DNA of 60,283 nucleotides from an uncultured Nitrososphaeraceae archaeon (GCA_963825865.1 CAWGVG010000002.1:1-60283); one strand, 5' to 3'. Shown: positions 48,691-60,283, numbered from the stretch's first letter. Program-made: numbers and translations. The notes: generated from the letters alone by a model not told the origin.

Positions 48691-48992
48691 ACTGCAGAAT
48701 ATCTATAGTGCTATACTGATATGTACTATGTACCTTGTATTATTTTGTATATATTATAATTAGTTTTTATTAATTGTGGATTGTGGGAAGATTAGCGTCG
48801 GACTCGTTTGCTGGTATCGATAATGGAGAAAATAATGAAGAAGGGTCATCATCAATACCTCCTTCGTCTTTAGGCAGAGCGGCGTATACCGCATAGATAA
48901 ATTCAACAACCAACAATAAACGAATGTGAAGAAGAGAATCAATGTTTGTTTGTGTAGATAAAAGCATGAATATTCAACACATTTGATTATAT

Positions 48993-49380
48993 TTGTTTGA
49001 CAAGTTACACAACACTTACGGGGGTGCAAATCTGATATGTACACATACAGGCGAAAACACAACCTGTTCACAAGAAGGAGTTGTTGTAACACCAACATCA
49101 CCAACATCAATACCAACAACGCCAACGCCTGAACCAACTACGGGAACCTTGCTGGTTAAAAAAGAAATCATATGTATGATATCTTCATGTTGTGAGCCGT
49201 CTGAATTTGGCATAACAGGTGACAGGCAATAATCCTAGGCCACCATCTCAGTTCTCTGGAAGTGAAAGTGCTTGTGGTGGTGGAAGCGTTGGTACCACAC
49301 TTTCTGGTGATTGTTTTGGCACAATAGTTGCAGGCGATCGCAAAACCTGTACCGTTACAAACACTGTTGGTCAGTAGTGA
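48993..49380 (+). pseudogene. secreted/surface protein remnant with Pro/Thr linker and Ig/prealbumin-like repeat
   Basis: TPTSPTSIPTTPTPEPTTGTLLVKK...FGIT, later SGDCFGTIVAGDRKTCTVTNT. Confidence 0.55.
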
Positions 49381-49611
49381 TAGTAGTAGTGAGTATCTTA
49401 AGTCTCGGCAAATGCTGGAATAGTGTTCGCAACAGGAATATAGGCTATACATACAGCAGCAGAAAAACACCTTCCCTTTTATTATATTGTGAAGGTTGTG
49501 ATTTGAATTTGCATTTTTTGCTACATGGATAAGATTTTGAAAAGTAATCCTCAATTAATAAAATATCTCTTTTGTTTTTGTAGCCGTAACACAAACACAA
49601 ATAGTGAGTAA

Positions 49612-50818
49612 CTAAAATTTTGAAAAACGATGATGAGGATGACGTTTCACATCTAATATGACTTGACCTGTACATGCTATAGCCATGATACCAATAAGAA
49701 ACGCTGGCAATGTTAGGATATCATCTTTTAATATTGCACCAATTGCAAGTACGACTATAGCAGCCACTATGCTGTAGATGGAGCCATATACGTTGTTGCT
49801 TTCTTTGAGTTAGCTGACGATGATGATGAAGAGGAAGATGAAATAGCATTAGTAGTAGTCATTGCGGATGTCATTTGTATTACTCCTAGTGTAAGCAAAC
49901 AGAGGAAAGTCGAAATACATAGAAGCCATTTCTCTGAAGAGGGCAAAGTTAAAGCTTGATTACTCAGAACTACATGTTCTATACTAACTCCAAATGCAGT
50001 AAAGCCAATTATTAATGGAAAATGTATGTACAACCAAGTAACGTATATTCCGATTTGTTTATTTTCACGAAGGGCTCTGATTTCTGAACCATCGACGGTA
50101 TCAAAATATACCCACCACAAACTAAATGCAATGCCTAGCCCAAGTCCTGCAGATATTATAGAAGGTACAGTCCAATTGTGAGTCTGCAATTCCATCAACA
50201 ACTCCCAGTATGGAGATCCCTAAAACAATAATTGTAAACGAGCCAAAACGCTCAGGTAAATGGTGTATATGAGGTGCAAATTGTACTGAAAGTTGTCTTG
50301 CAAACAACAGAGGCGTTCCTATATCAACCCCTAGTCCTATTATCCATAAAAACAATCTAAATGGTGGAGGTACAAATATAGATGCAAACCATATTCCCGC
50401 TGCCAATAGAAAATCCTATGGAATACCTTGTGGTAAGCTGGCGTGCGGCTGGAACATGTCTTCTAGTACGTAGATATTCTATTACTAAAATGGTACGCAT
50501 TATAGCATAAGAGAGTGCAAACCAGACTGAATTCTTACCTAGTCCATCAGGTACGCTTACGGCCATAAACGCAGCGCAGCAATCTGTAATAGCATTAAAA
50601 GCCTATGTGCCAAATCATCTGTCTCAAATCTAGTTGAATAAAATGTTACACCAACCCATGACCACCACACTGGAATAAAAAAGAGCTACAAAATTGAGAA
50701 ATCCATATACAGACACATCTTGATTGAGATCTCTACTCAGCTGAAAGACGATGATAGCAACAATCAGGTCGTAAAAGTTTTCTAACCATGTAACATGATG
50801 TTCTTTGTAACTTTCCAA
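49612..50818 (-). CDS. ltrA: low temperature requirement protein A family, several frameshifts
   Basis: VTWLENFYDL, RFETDDL, HLPERFGSFTIIVLG, LWWVYFD, WLYIHFPL. Confidence 0.85.
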
Positions 50819-51021
50819 CTGATTATTTGTATTACTTTTCTATATATGACTATTATTACACATTAAATAAAATAGTACATAAATCATTAAATAATGGAGG
50901 TTTATTTATAGACGTGTTAATTTTAAAGAACTCAAAATAATTACAAATAGTCGAGATTGCTAAAGTGATGAAAGCAGGATTATTAATATAGAGAATTTAT
51001 TTTGATCCTATTGCGAAGCAT

Positions 51022-51417
51022 TTGCGTATCACCCTAAGATTTGACAAAGTAACCACGTTAAGAATAACTATCCTGATAAAAGGGAAGGAAGAACAGGTAG
51101 ATGTGATTTTAGATACCGGCTATATCTCACATGCGGGTCACGGTTTATCATTACCACCAAATGAATTCGGTAAATATGCAGAACAGATCGACGAAAAAAG
51201 GCCTGTTAAAACTGGTCATCGCGAAGATCTACATCCTTTTATTCATGATGTACAGATCATAAGAATTAGAGATTATAGGCTAAGAGAAAGTGTTTTAATG
51301 CCTTCTGTAATCATGGGAGAAATTGCCCTTCTAGGAGTATTATTCCTGCAAAATTGTACTCTTCACCTTGATGGAAGAAAGAGGAGTGGCTACCTTGAAT
51401 TGAACCCTAAATGGTAA
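51022..51417 (+). CDS. clan AA (retropepsin-like) aspartic protease
   Basis: VILDTGY catalytic motif and C-terminal ALLGVLFL. Confidence 0.7.
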   Translation: MRITLRFDKVTTLRITILIKGKEEQVDVILDTGYISHAGHGLSLPPNEFGKYAEQIDEKRPVKTGHREDLHPFIHDVQIIRIRDYRLRESVLMPSVIMGEIALLGVLFLQNCTLHLDGRKRSGYLELNPKW

Positions 51418-51619
51418 TCAAGAAAACGAAGTAGTTTTTCGCATATAATTCAGTATTTATTTCTTGCATATCCTAGAAGTTATTAGCTCATTTAGAAACA
51501 AGTTCGCTAAATGTTTTTAATATTAGATTAATTATACACCATGTAACTTTTTTCCTTAGCAAGCCTAGCAAGTAAAATATGTAAAATAACAGGGGATAAC
51601 AGTCGATAACAGCCAGTAG

Positions 51620-51760
51620 CAAAACAACAGTTTCTCTGAGAAAATCTTCCCATTGCCTCAACTATGAACTATCCCATTGTGTTGAAAAGCCTGAGCATTA
51701 TATCCTTCGAATAGAATGGGATTCTATTCCAAGGAAATAGACGGGTTTCGCACGAGCGGC
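51620..51760 (+). pseudogene. antibiotic biosynthesis monooxygenase (ABM) remnant
   Basis: SLRKSSHCLNYELSHCVEKPEHYILRIEWDS...GFRTS. Confidence 0.65.
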
Positions 51761-52179
51761 ACGCTTGGCAAACCAAAGGAACCGGCGAAGGGAACATAAG
51801 CTTTTCCAAATGCAAAGACTCAGAAATGAAAAAATCAGTGACTACTATGAATGAAATTGATACTAACGACGTATTCTTCGATACTGAGAAAAAGAATCAA
51901 TCCGACCTTGGACTGAAGGTAATTCACCAAAAACCCAACAATAAATACAAATTCTGTTACCAGTGCCATGTGATTAGAAGGATATGATAAGTCTTTAACA
52001 AATGACGCCAGTGTCTTGTAATACGAAGTTTTTTCGTATAGTCAAAACAGGTTTAAATCCATAAGGAGGCCAAGGTCTATCTTTTCTTATAGTTTCGTTT
52101 TGACTATGTACTCGCTGATAATAATATCCTACTACTACCTGTCGTTTACTTAGGTACTGTTTCCAAAGAACGAGGACAT

Positions 52180-52400
52180 GGTACTCTGTATTTAATAGGC
52201 TTGATACAATGGCCGGAATCAGAAAAGATGAAAAAAGAGGTAGACCATACGTCTATTTTTCTACTGTCATACTACGATGTTTCATAGTCAGACTTTGGTT
52301 TGGACTGGATTCTAATAACGCATTACATGAATTCCTAGAATTGGATTATCCTTACAATAAGAAGGTAATGAAAAGATGTGGTCTTACCCAAATTCCAAAC
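52180..52400 (+). mobile_element. transposase N-terminal fragment (IS4/IS5-like DDE family)
   Basis: KRGRPYVY...ILRCFIVRLWFGLDSNNALHEFL...CGLTQIP, cut off before the DDE core. Confidence 0.6.
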
Positions 52401-52469
52401 AGCTTTTCAAGTGGTTTCCTACTTTACGCAAAGTTGCATTAATCGTATAGATATACATGACACAACAGA

Positions 52470-53664
52470 TTATTGCTTGTCTTGCTGGTCGTTAATTAGT
52501 TCAGTATCTTCGTTATCCTGCGAGTTATTTGGATTTAATTTGGCTATCAAAACTCTAATGGCTTTTACTACATTCTTCTTCAATTCTGGTATAGAAACAG
52601 CTTCTTCTTCTTCTCGTCCAGCAGCAGTAGCAATAGTAGTTGTAGCATCTTTTGACAACCGTGCGAATGATTTGTTAAGATCATCATCTTCCAATTTTTC
52701 TAGTCCTACATAACGAAAGTATAAATTATACAAAATAAGTCGAATCATAATAAGGATTTTCAAGTTATCTTCGTCGTTAGTAAATAAATGATCCTGCCCA
52801 TTTAAAAAATCATCAAGCGACTTTGAATATGCTATAATAGACAGCATATTTTGGTTTTGTTCATCTAAACCTTGCTTTTGTCTTTGTAATTCACCTATTT
52901 GATTTCTCAATATATCTGCATGGTCACTTAATTCTTGTATGGCAGATTTTATTCTGCCGCCATGTTCCTGTAATCCGCTCATCAGAGATTGTATATCCAT
53001 TTTAGTGCGGTTGCCGTTGCCATTGACAGCGTTAGATCTTTCAAACAGATTTGCAAGCTCAACAATATCCTGCTCAACTATTCCTCTGGAAAAGAGTCTT
53101 TGGAGCGATGGTCCTACCAGTGGCTGGGCAAGCAATGCTGTTCGTGATACATTTAGGTTAGTATTAACGATAGCAATCTCAGACCGAAGTTTATTTAACT
53201 GCAATTCAAAACCTAGCTTGTCATTGGTACTGTTCCTCGATATGTTTATAGAACTTTTGCTGAGCCTGATCCGCAGGTATATTATTTGCTTGTGCAATCT
53301 CGTTAATAGTGTTGCGCAACAGTTTTAGCTCCTTAAGACCAAATCCCATAGTCTGTAGCTCATCATACAAAGAAAGTTTTTGGTTATAGGACTTCACATG
53401 CTCTTCAAGAGTAGAACATTCGTGCTCTAATTGTTTGTATTTACTTACCAATTCTGGTATGGATTCTTGATAAAACCGATAATCTTTCCGGGTTGATTCT
53501 AGATCTGAAAATTCTTCGATAACTTTGCTAACATCATAACCCTTTTGACTTATTCCGTAAACTACTTTGGCAAATTTTGGGATGTGATCATCATTGATAG
53601 ATATCCCGTAACTTGCGAGTTCTTTTTTCAAGTCAGAATACGATTTTAGCTCGACTGTAGTCAT
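52470..53664 (-). pseudogene. C-terminal part of a large coiled-coil protein, 5'-truncated, GTAC frameshift near 53227
   Basis: LASYGISI...KFAKVV...GYDV...MGFGLKELKLL...EIAQAN...KFYKHIEEQY-DKLGFE. Confidence 0.7.
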
Positions 53665-53684
53665 AGTCGACTGTCGTCATCGCA

Positions 53685-53719
53685 TATCTTTTATATCTTT
53701 TATATAGATATAAAAGATA
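53685..53719. repeat. 12-bp perfect inverted repeat TATCTTTTATAT-AG-ATATAAAAGATA with duplicated left arm
   Basis: Arms 53694-705 and 53708-719, extra left-arm copy 53685-696. Confidence 0.85.
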
Positions 53720-53940
53720 CAACTTTTGCATGTTCTCGTGTTATCCATTTCATCATTTTCTATACTTGTTGAAACTATAAATGTTCGAATGGATGTTGTT
53801 TTCGTCGTTCAAAAACATTATATAAAAAATATATTATTAGCAAGGATAAGCCAATTTTGACATAATCTTTGGGCGCGAAAAGAAAGTAATAATATTGCAT
53901 TTTTTGAGCTTGTTACGGCCCATTCACTATAATAATATAT

Positions 53941-55765
53941 TTATTTACTTAATGGTATGCTAAATGCAAATGTTGCTCCTTTGCCATCACGATTGTTTTG
54001 CGCCCATATTCTACCACCATGAGCTTCTACTATGCTTTTTGAGATAAACAAGCCCAATCCTGTTCCCTTCTCAGATTTTGTCGCAAATTTTGAGAACAAT
54101 CTAGGAAATATCTGAGAATCTATTCCTTTGCCTGTATCATTTACACTAACAACAATAAGTTTATTATCATCGACTTTTCTTTTGACACTAATAATTATAC
54201 TGCATTCATTCGTAAATTTAATAGCATTATGTAGTAAATTATAAATTACTTGGGAAATCCTTCGCTTATCACCTTCTAGATATATATCAGCAGCAGTAGC
54301 TCGTGAATTTTTGTCATATAATATTTCAAGACTAGTATTATCATTATCATTATCAATTAGCAAGAATTGCCTTTTTACCGCCTCAACGTTATCGATAATA
54401 ATATCATTCAAATTGAATAATTCTTTCTCTAACTTTAGCGATTGACTTTCTATCAATGAAACATTTAGTATATTATCTCGAAGATCTTTTAGTCTTCTAG
54501 CATTTGTTAGTATGACATCAAGGTATTTGTTTAGCTCTTTTTTGCTGACTATTCGTTCTTCTTTTTCTTCTTCTTCAAAACGAAGAACTTCACTTATCGC
54601 TAAAATCGGTTGTATTGGGGTACGCAATTCATGTGCCGCATTATTAATGAATTCTGTTTGCATTTTACTATACGCCTTTAGTTTTTCATATGTTTCAGTC
54701 TGTATCCAAAGACTTTCAAATATTGAAGCATAAGATAGGGCAATAGCTTTACTATTGGAGTATACAGATAATCCCGCAGCATGAAAAGAATCATTTTGGG
54801 TATCATCCTTCAATTCTATAAGCATACATACTTTTCTATCAATAACTACAATAGTTATTCTAATAGGTATGCTTTCTTCAACTAATCTAACATCTATCTG
54901 ATTAGGATATGCATTTTCTGTTTCTCGTTCTTTTAGAGTTTGGTCAAGAACAATAAGATCACTCCTACTACTAATTTCATCCTTAGATTTAGGCAATAGT
55001 ATTCTGACCTTTACCTTACGCTTTGTTGCTGCCTTCGTTTAACAATTGCAGTGCGCCCATTTGTATTTGTCTTTGAAAGGCCTTTGTTGAAGAATATAGT
55101 ATCACTACTTCTTCTTTTGCATATTTTAGCAGCCTCCAAGCACGAGTTATTGCTGTTTTAGGATTTTGGATGACTTCTATATCTGCAAAATCAATGCCTT
55201 CTTCGATATCTTTAATTCTATCTGCGGCATCTATTGCATCATTCCATAGCTCTTCAAATATAGAATAAAAATGCTTGACATAGTTTGGATCATTGCTTGT
55301 CAAAAGATTTTGAACCATCTTACCGCCTTCCATTTTTTCTATTGTGGCATTAAGCATATTATATGATACAGCAAAATTCATTAGTGACAGGTTTTTGACA
55401 TGTCTTATTTGCATACCTAAATCTAGAAACGTTTTGATCAAGTCTATGTCATCCTTTTCTAATTTTACTCTTGATATGCAAGTAACCCATCTAATGCCTT
55501 TATGTTCACCTTTTTTGTATCTATCTAATAGCTTCTTGTACTGATCAAAGAATTTATCATTGTCATAGATAACTTGCATTCCTCCAAAGGAACAAACAAG
55601 TGATATTTCATTAGACGTTTTGGCCAATAGAATAATTTGTTTGCCAATTTCCTCAGGATTTTCCAATATATTACTTTTAGCAAGTGTCGATGCTGCTGCT
55701 CCTGATTCTTTTTCTTCTTCTTCTTCTTCTTTAGTATTGAGGTTTTCTGTTCCTATGGCCGACAT
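53941..55765 (-). CDS. soluble sensor histidine kinase, frameshift near 55030
   Basis: H-box AAHELRTPIQPIL, N-box NLLHNAIKFT, DTGKG, GTGLGLFISKSIVEAHGG. No TM segment. Confidence 0.92.
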
Positions 55766-55959
55766 TTCAACACTATGCTCTAACTTACTAATAATTTTTA
55801 AATATAAAGCATTATCGGAAAGTTAGTGTTATTTTCTAAACAGGGATAAGTTAGTGTTCTTCTGTCTATTTTCTTAAGCTAAACTAACTAAAAAAAAAAT
55901 CATTGATGACACTAAACGATTCTGACTTTGTTGATGCAGATTACAAAGTTAAGAAATGA

Positions 55960-56345
55960 TATGACTATATCTTTGGCATAAACCAAAGTATTTCTATAGA
56001 CGATAATTGCCAAGATGCCAAGGAAAGATCAAACCTTTTTACTTAATTAGATGGAAACGGAATGGTAACAGAAACAAAACATAGAAAGACAACGGCAATA
56101 ACAAATGTCAAGACGTGGGTCTTTGACTAGTAATAATGTATCAAAAGTTATGCTGCCATTACAGTCAAGATTTCTTGTCATAAACCTTGAGCCATACACT
56201 TATGAGCAGTATTTATCAAATTACAGTTGTAATACTTACCAGAGCTCAAAGTCAAGAGAGATAGCTAATCCAACAGCTAATGCGATAGGGAGAAGACACA
56301 AACGTCAGATTGTTAAAAATAGGTAAAATGGCAAAGTCGATAGAA
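55960..56345 (+). pseudogene. AAA+ ATPase remnant
   Basis: Degenerate Walker B then KMPRKDQTFLLN...VTETK...TSNN...PLQSRF...LEPYTYEQ. Confidence 0.65.
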
Positions 56346-56379
56346 GTGTTATGTTTATTGCAGACTAACTATACGTCAT

Positions 56380-57363
56380 TTATTTACTTAATGGTAGGCT
56401 AAATGCAAATGTAGCTCCTTTTCCATCAGGATTGGTTTGCGCCCATATTCTACCACCATGGGCTTCTACTATGCTTTTTGAGATAAACAAGCCTAACCCA
56501 ATACCTCTTTTAAAAGGCGAACCTGTAGCAAACTTTGAGAATAAGTTTGGTAAAATATTAGAAGGTAAGCCTATGCCTGTATCTTTTATCTTTACAATAA
56601 CTTCTCCTCCTTTGCCTGTCTTCTTCTTTTTCTTCTTCTTCTCTTCTGTTGTAATGGATATAGTTCCCTCCTTTGTAAATTTAATGGCATTTTTAAGCAG
56701 ATTTGAAATAACTTCATAGATTCTTATTTTGTCTGCTTTTATGAAAACACCATTTCCTTCTTTTCGTTCTGTTTCAAATGTTAATTTTACAGCATTATTG
56801 TTGTAGCGAATACTGATTTGATTTTTTATATCATTTATTGCAGTCTTTATTTGTTCATTTAGATCGAATTGTTCTTTATTGAGGTTTAGAGAACGACTTT
56901 CGATTCTTGTAACGTCAAATATGTCATCTGTAAGTTGCTTCAATCTTTTTGCATTTCTGATAACAGTATCCAATAGTTCAATCTGCTCAGTGTCTTTTAT
57001 TTTAGACAGAATAATTTGAGTTAAGCCAAGTATTGGCTGTATAGGAGTTCGTAATTCATGGGATGCTATATTGATAAATTCTATCTGCATGTTGCCATTC
57101 TGTTTTATCTGTTCATTAGCCAAGGCAAGCTCTTTATTAACAGCAGCAAGTTCTTTGTTTACTTTTGCAAATTTTTCATTAGTTTCTGCTAATTCTTTAA
57201 TGACTAATCCAAGATTATTATCTGATTCCAACAAAGCATTGTTTGATTTATTTAGCTCTTTTATCTTTGATTTAAGTGAGTCATTTGAGGCTAAAAGAGA
57301 ATCGTTTGCTTCTTTTAATTCTTCAGTTTTTGCGATTAACTCTCCGCTCTTTATAGTAAGCAA
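56380..57363 (-). CDS. histidine kinase with N-terminal heptad coiled coil and no sensor domain
   Basis: Heptads ELAETNE/ELAAVNK/ELALANE, ASHELRTPIQPIL, NLLKNAIKFT, DTGIG, GIGLGLFISKSIVEAHGG. Confidence 0.9.
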   Translation of the reverse strand: MLTIKSGELIAKTEELKEANDSLLASNDSLKSKIKELNKSNNALLESDNNLGLVIKELAETNEKFAKVNKELAAVNKELALANEQIKQNGNMQIEFINIASHELRTPIQPILGLTQIILSKIKDTEQIELLDTVIRNAKRLKQLTDDIFDVTRIESRSLNLNKEQFDLNEQIKTAINDIKNQISIRYNNNAVKLTFETERKEGNGVFIKADKIRIYEVISNLLKNAIKFTKEGTISITTEEKKKKKKKTGKGGEVIVKIKDTGIGLPSNILPNLFSKFATGSPFKRGIGLGLFISKSIVEAHGGRIWAQTNPDGKGATFAFSLPLSK

Positions 57364-57807
57364 ATCTTCTGTACTTAATTTATGCCTCTTTTCGTTGGAT
57401 GTCGTTTTATTGTTCTATTTAAAATAGATAGTAAATCTTATAAAGAATATCGTAAAGTCGAAGGAAAATGAAATAGTTAACGCAAAACAATACGAGAATA
57501 AATCGGGAAGCATCAATATTATAATGGGTCGGGTCGTTTGTGAACTGTTATCAACACAATACTTGGGCCCAAGGATATCGGTGCTTGAAATGGACTCTAA
57601 TTTTGCAGGTCATAAAACAATTAAAAAAGGTTTCTCTAATCATCATTTTTACTATATGCTTTCTGCAGGTTTACTAAAGATAATCCCATCAGTTTCTACC
57701 TATGTCTACGTACATCTGTGTTCCTTTCCTTTTCTTGTTTTACATGATGTTCGTATATATATTATCATATAAAAAAAATGCTGATACCTACCTACCTTTT
57801 TTAAGAT

Positions 57808-60283
57808 TCAATCTAGCTCTGATTTTATTTGTTTCACTAAAATATCTATTTCAATAGGTTTTTCTACAAAATGATTTAATATCCTTTCTCTTGATTTTGG
57901 TGGAACTCCTTCTACTGCTTTATCATATCTTTCATATGCGGTAATAAACCATACTTTAACTTTATTGTCTATTTCACTTATCTTTTCATATAGTTCAAAT
58001 CCATCAATCTTGGGCATTTTAATATCAATTAGCATTAGATCATAGTAATCCGGCTTGAATTTTGATAATGCTATTGCTGAATCATTATATGCATCAACTT
58101 CAAATCCGGCAAGCTCCAATCCCACCTTGAAAGTAACAGTATGATCATAGTTATCATCAACTAAAAATATCCTCTTTATTTTTGTTTTATGAGAGTTATA
58201 ATATCCGCTATGATCATCACGCTTTTTCTTAATTCTTTCATCAGTATCATTTATCATAGCGGGGACAGTATTGATAACTGTACTTTCTTGGCGATGACCT
58301 TGTTGTTGGAATGCCAATGGTATATTGAATGCAAACGTAGATCCTTTTTTACCATCAGTATTATTTTTAGCCCAAATCTTTCCACCATGTGCTTCTACAA
58401 TGCTTTTGCATATGAACAAACCTAAGCCGGTTCCTCTATCAGATTTTGTAGCAAATTTTGTAAACAATCTAGGAAATATTTCAGGATCTATTCCTGTGCC
58501 TGTATCCTTTATACTTACAGTGACCTCTCCTATGCTGCCGGTATCTTTTTTTTCCATAGTAACATATATTGTATCATCTTCATTTGTAAATTTCAAAGCA
58601 TTACTTAATAAATTAGAAATGACTTGTGATATTCTATCTCTATCTGCTTCTATGGGAAAGAGATCTGCATTTTGGTGGTCTTCAGTGATGGAAGGAAATA
58701 AACAGGACAATTCTATATTACGGTAGATATTGCTATCATATTTCTTCTCATTGTTATTTGGGCTTTTATAATCGTCTACTAAAACTTGTATTAACTCTTT
58801 TAGATTAAATGTATCTTTTCTTATATGAAGTGAATTTGTTTCAATTCTATTGATGTCTAAAACATCGTCTGTAAGTCTTTGTAGTTTTCTTGCATTCCGT
58901 ATTATGACATCCAAATGATCACAAGTCTGATTTATATTTACTTCTTTTTTTTGTGTTATCATGGATTTAACAATTTGTGACATACCAAGGATTGGTTGGA
59001 TTGGATTTCTTAACTCATGAGCAGCTACCTTAATAAAATCACTTTGGATTTTATCTTGCATTCTTAATTTCTCATTTGCTATTTTAAGCTGATCATGTGA
59101 CTCTTTTATCTCTTGATATAATTCAGATTGCTTCCACAAGTTCTCAAATATTGCTACATAAGATAAAACACCTGCTCTGCTATTAGAGTAAGTTGACAAT
59201 CCTATTGCTTCAAAAAAGGTTGTTTTTGAGTCATCTCTTAATTCCATCACCAATGAAGCCTTTCTATCAACTACTAGAATTGTGGCTTTGGTCTCTGTCA
59301 TTTGTTCAATACACCTGACATCTATTATGTTGTTAGGAAATATTGTTTTAGTTGCTGTACTTTTTGTTCAATTAAACTGTTTGCAGGCACCAATATTCTA
59401 ACTTTTACATTTCTTTCTTTTGCTGCCTGTTTTGCCAATTGTATAACTCCAATCTTCTCCTGACGAATAAAAGCATTGGTAGTAGGAAATATCCGTAATA
59501 TTTCCTTTGCTGCTGATTTTACAATATTCAAATATATTTTCTGTGCTCTTGTTGAGCTTGGAATAACTTCAATATCAGCCAAGTCAACTCCTGCTTCAAT
59601 ATCCCTTATTCTATCGGTACCATCTATCCCATTTTTCCATAATTGCTCAAATAACGAATTGAAATGATTAACATAAAGCGGTTCATTACTAATCAAGGGC
59701 TTTGACTTAGCTTACCACCTTCCATCTTTTGTACTGAAAGAGCCACTTCTTTATCTGATACACCAAAGTTCAATGGCAGCATACTTTTTGTGTGTCTTAC
59801 TTGCATCCCTGACTGAAGAAGTATCTCAACTAAATTTGCAGATTCTTTATCATCTATGTTTGTCAGCCATCTCAATCCCTCTTTACTCTCACCTTTCTTG
59901 TGCTTATCAACTATATTCTTGTATGAATCAAAAAGGTAGTTATAGTCCCATCTGCATTCCTCCAATTGCTGTACCATATCGATAGATTGTTAGCCATATT
60001 GTTTTGGTGTTTAATTTCTCTGATTATCTCATCTTGATTCTCTAATAGTCTAGTTCTGATAGACTTTATACCTTCTTCAATTTCTTTTATTCTCTCCTGA
60101 ATGAAATTGCTTTGCTCCAAAGAGTATCGAATACATATTGCTCTTGTTCCACTCACTATCCTTAACATTACTATAAATAATCTAACTGCCACCTTCCCTT
60201 TCTCAAGTAAAACCGCAGGAGCAAGATACTCTGATTCACTTATCATAAAATTCCCCTTTATGCCATCTAGATGTCTTATCTCA
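57808..60283 (-). CDS. hybrid histidine kinase with receiver domain; 5' end outside window; several frameshifts
   Basis: AAHELRNPIQPIL, NLLSNALKFT, GTGLGLF. REC domain IFLVDD...LIDIKMPKIDG...FITA...EKP. Confidence 0.92.

Noticed and set aside
51735-51800. GC-rich patch suspected to be a TnpB 3' end or omega RNA
   Set aside because: It starts with GFRTS, continuing the ABM remnant. No RuvC or Zn-finger tnpB sequence or IS200/605 hairpin is nearby.
1-60283. CRISPR array, rRNA or tRNA genes
   Set aside because: No regularly spaced repeat-spacer pattern, no long GC-rich rRNA-like tract and no cloverleaf with a T-loop were found by eye. A tRNAscan run would confirm.

Overview
AT-rich window whose genes point to a soil ammonia-oxidising archaeon, probably Nitrososphaeraceae (inferred from DUF6659, MEDS, DUF1059, HTH_45, F420-dependent LLM/PPOX enzymes and soluble histidine kinases). 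It is an accessory, gene-sparse region. It holds transporters (CPA2, APC-USP, EamA, MFS), a lone trpA, aldo/keto reductase, PepN, nitroreductase, GT2, PPK2, two DUF892 ferritin-like genes, many Cys-motif microproteins and a three-kinase cluster. Mobile DNA includes two near-identical IS5-family elements (one splits an MFS gene) and a decayed integrative-element patch at about 46.7-56.3 kb. No rRNA, tRNA or CRISPR was seen. Main leads: (1) many frameshifts, and 8 of the 9 differences between the IS copies, fall on GTAC, AGCT, GATC or GCWGC, which looks like a long-read error fingerprint of the host methylome, so many apparent pseudogenes are probably intact; (2) a densely base-paired non-coding block at 15.7-16.1 kb resembles an orphan IS110-type guide RNA end next to a pseudoknot-like element; (3) a Toprim, integrase, HTH/coiled-coil and AAA remnant island carries CCGTCA repeats. 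All family calls come from motif recognition, not database searches.
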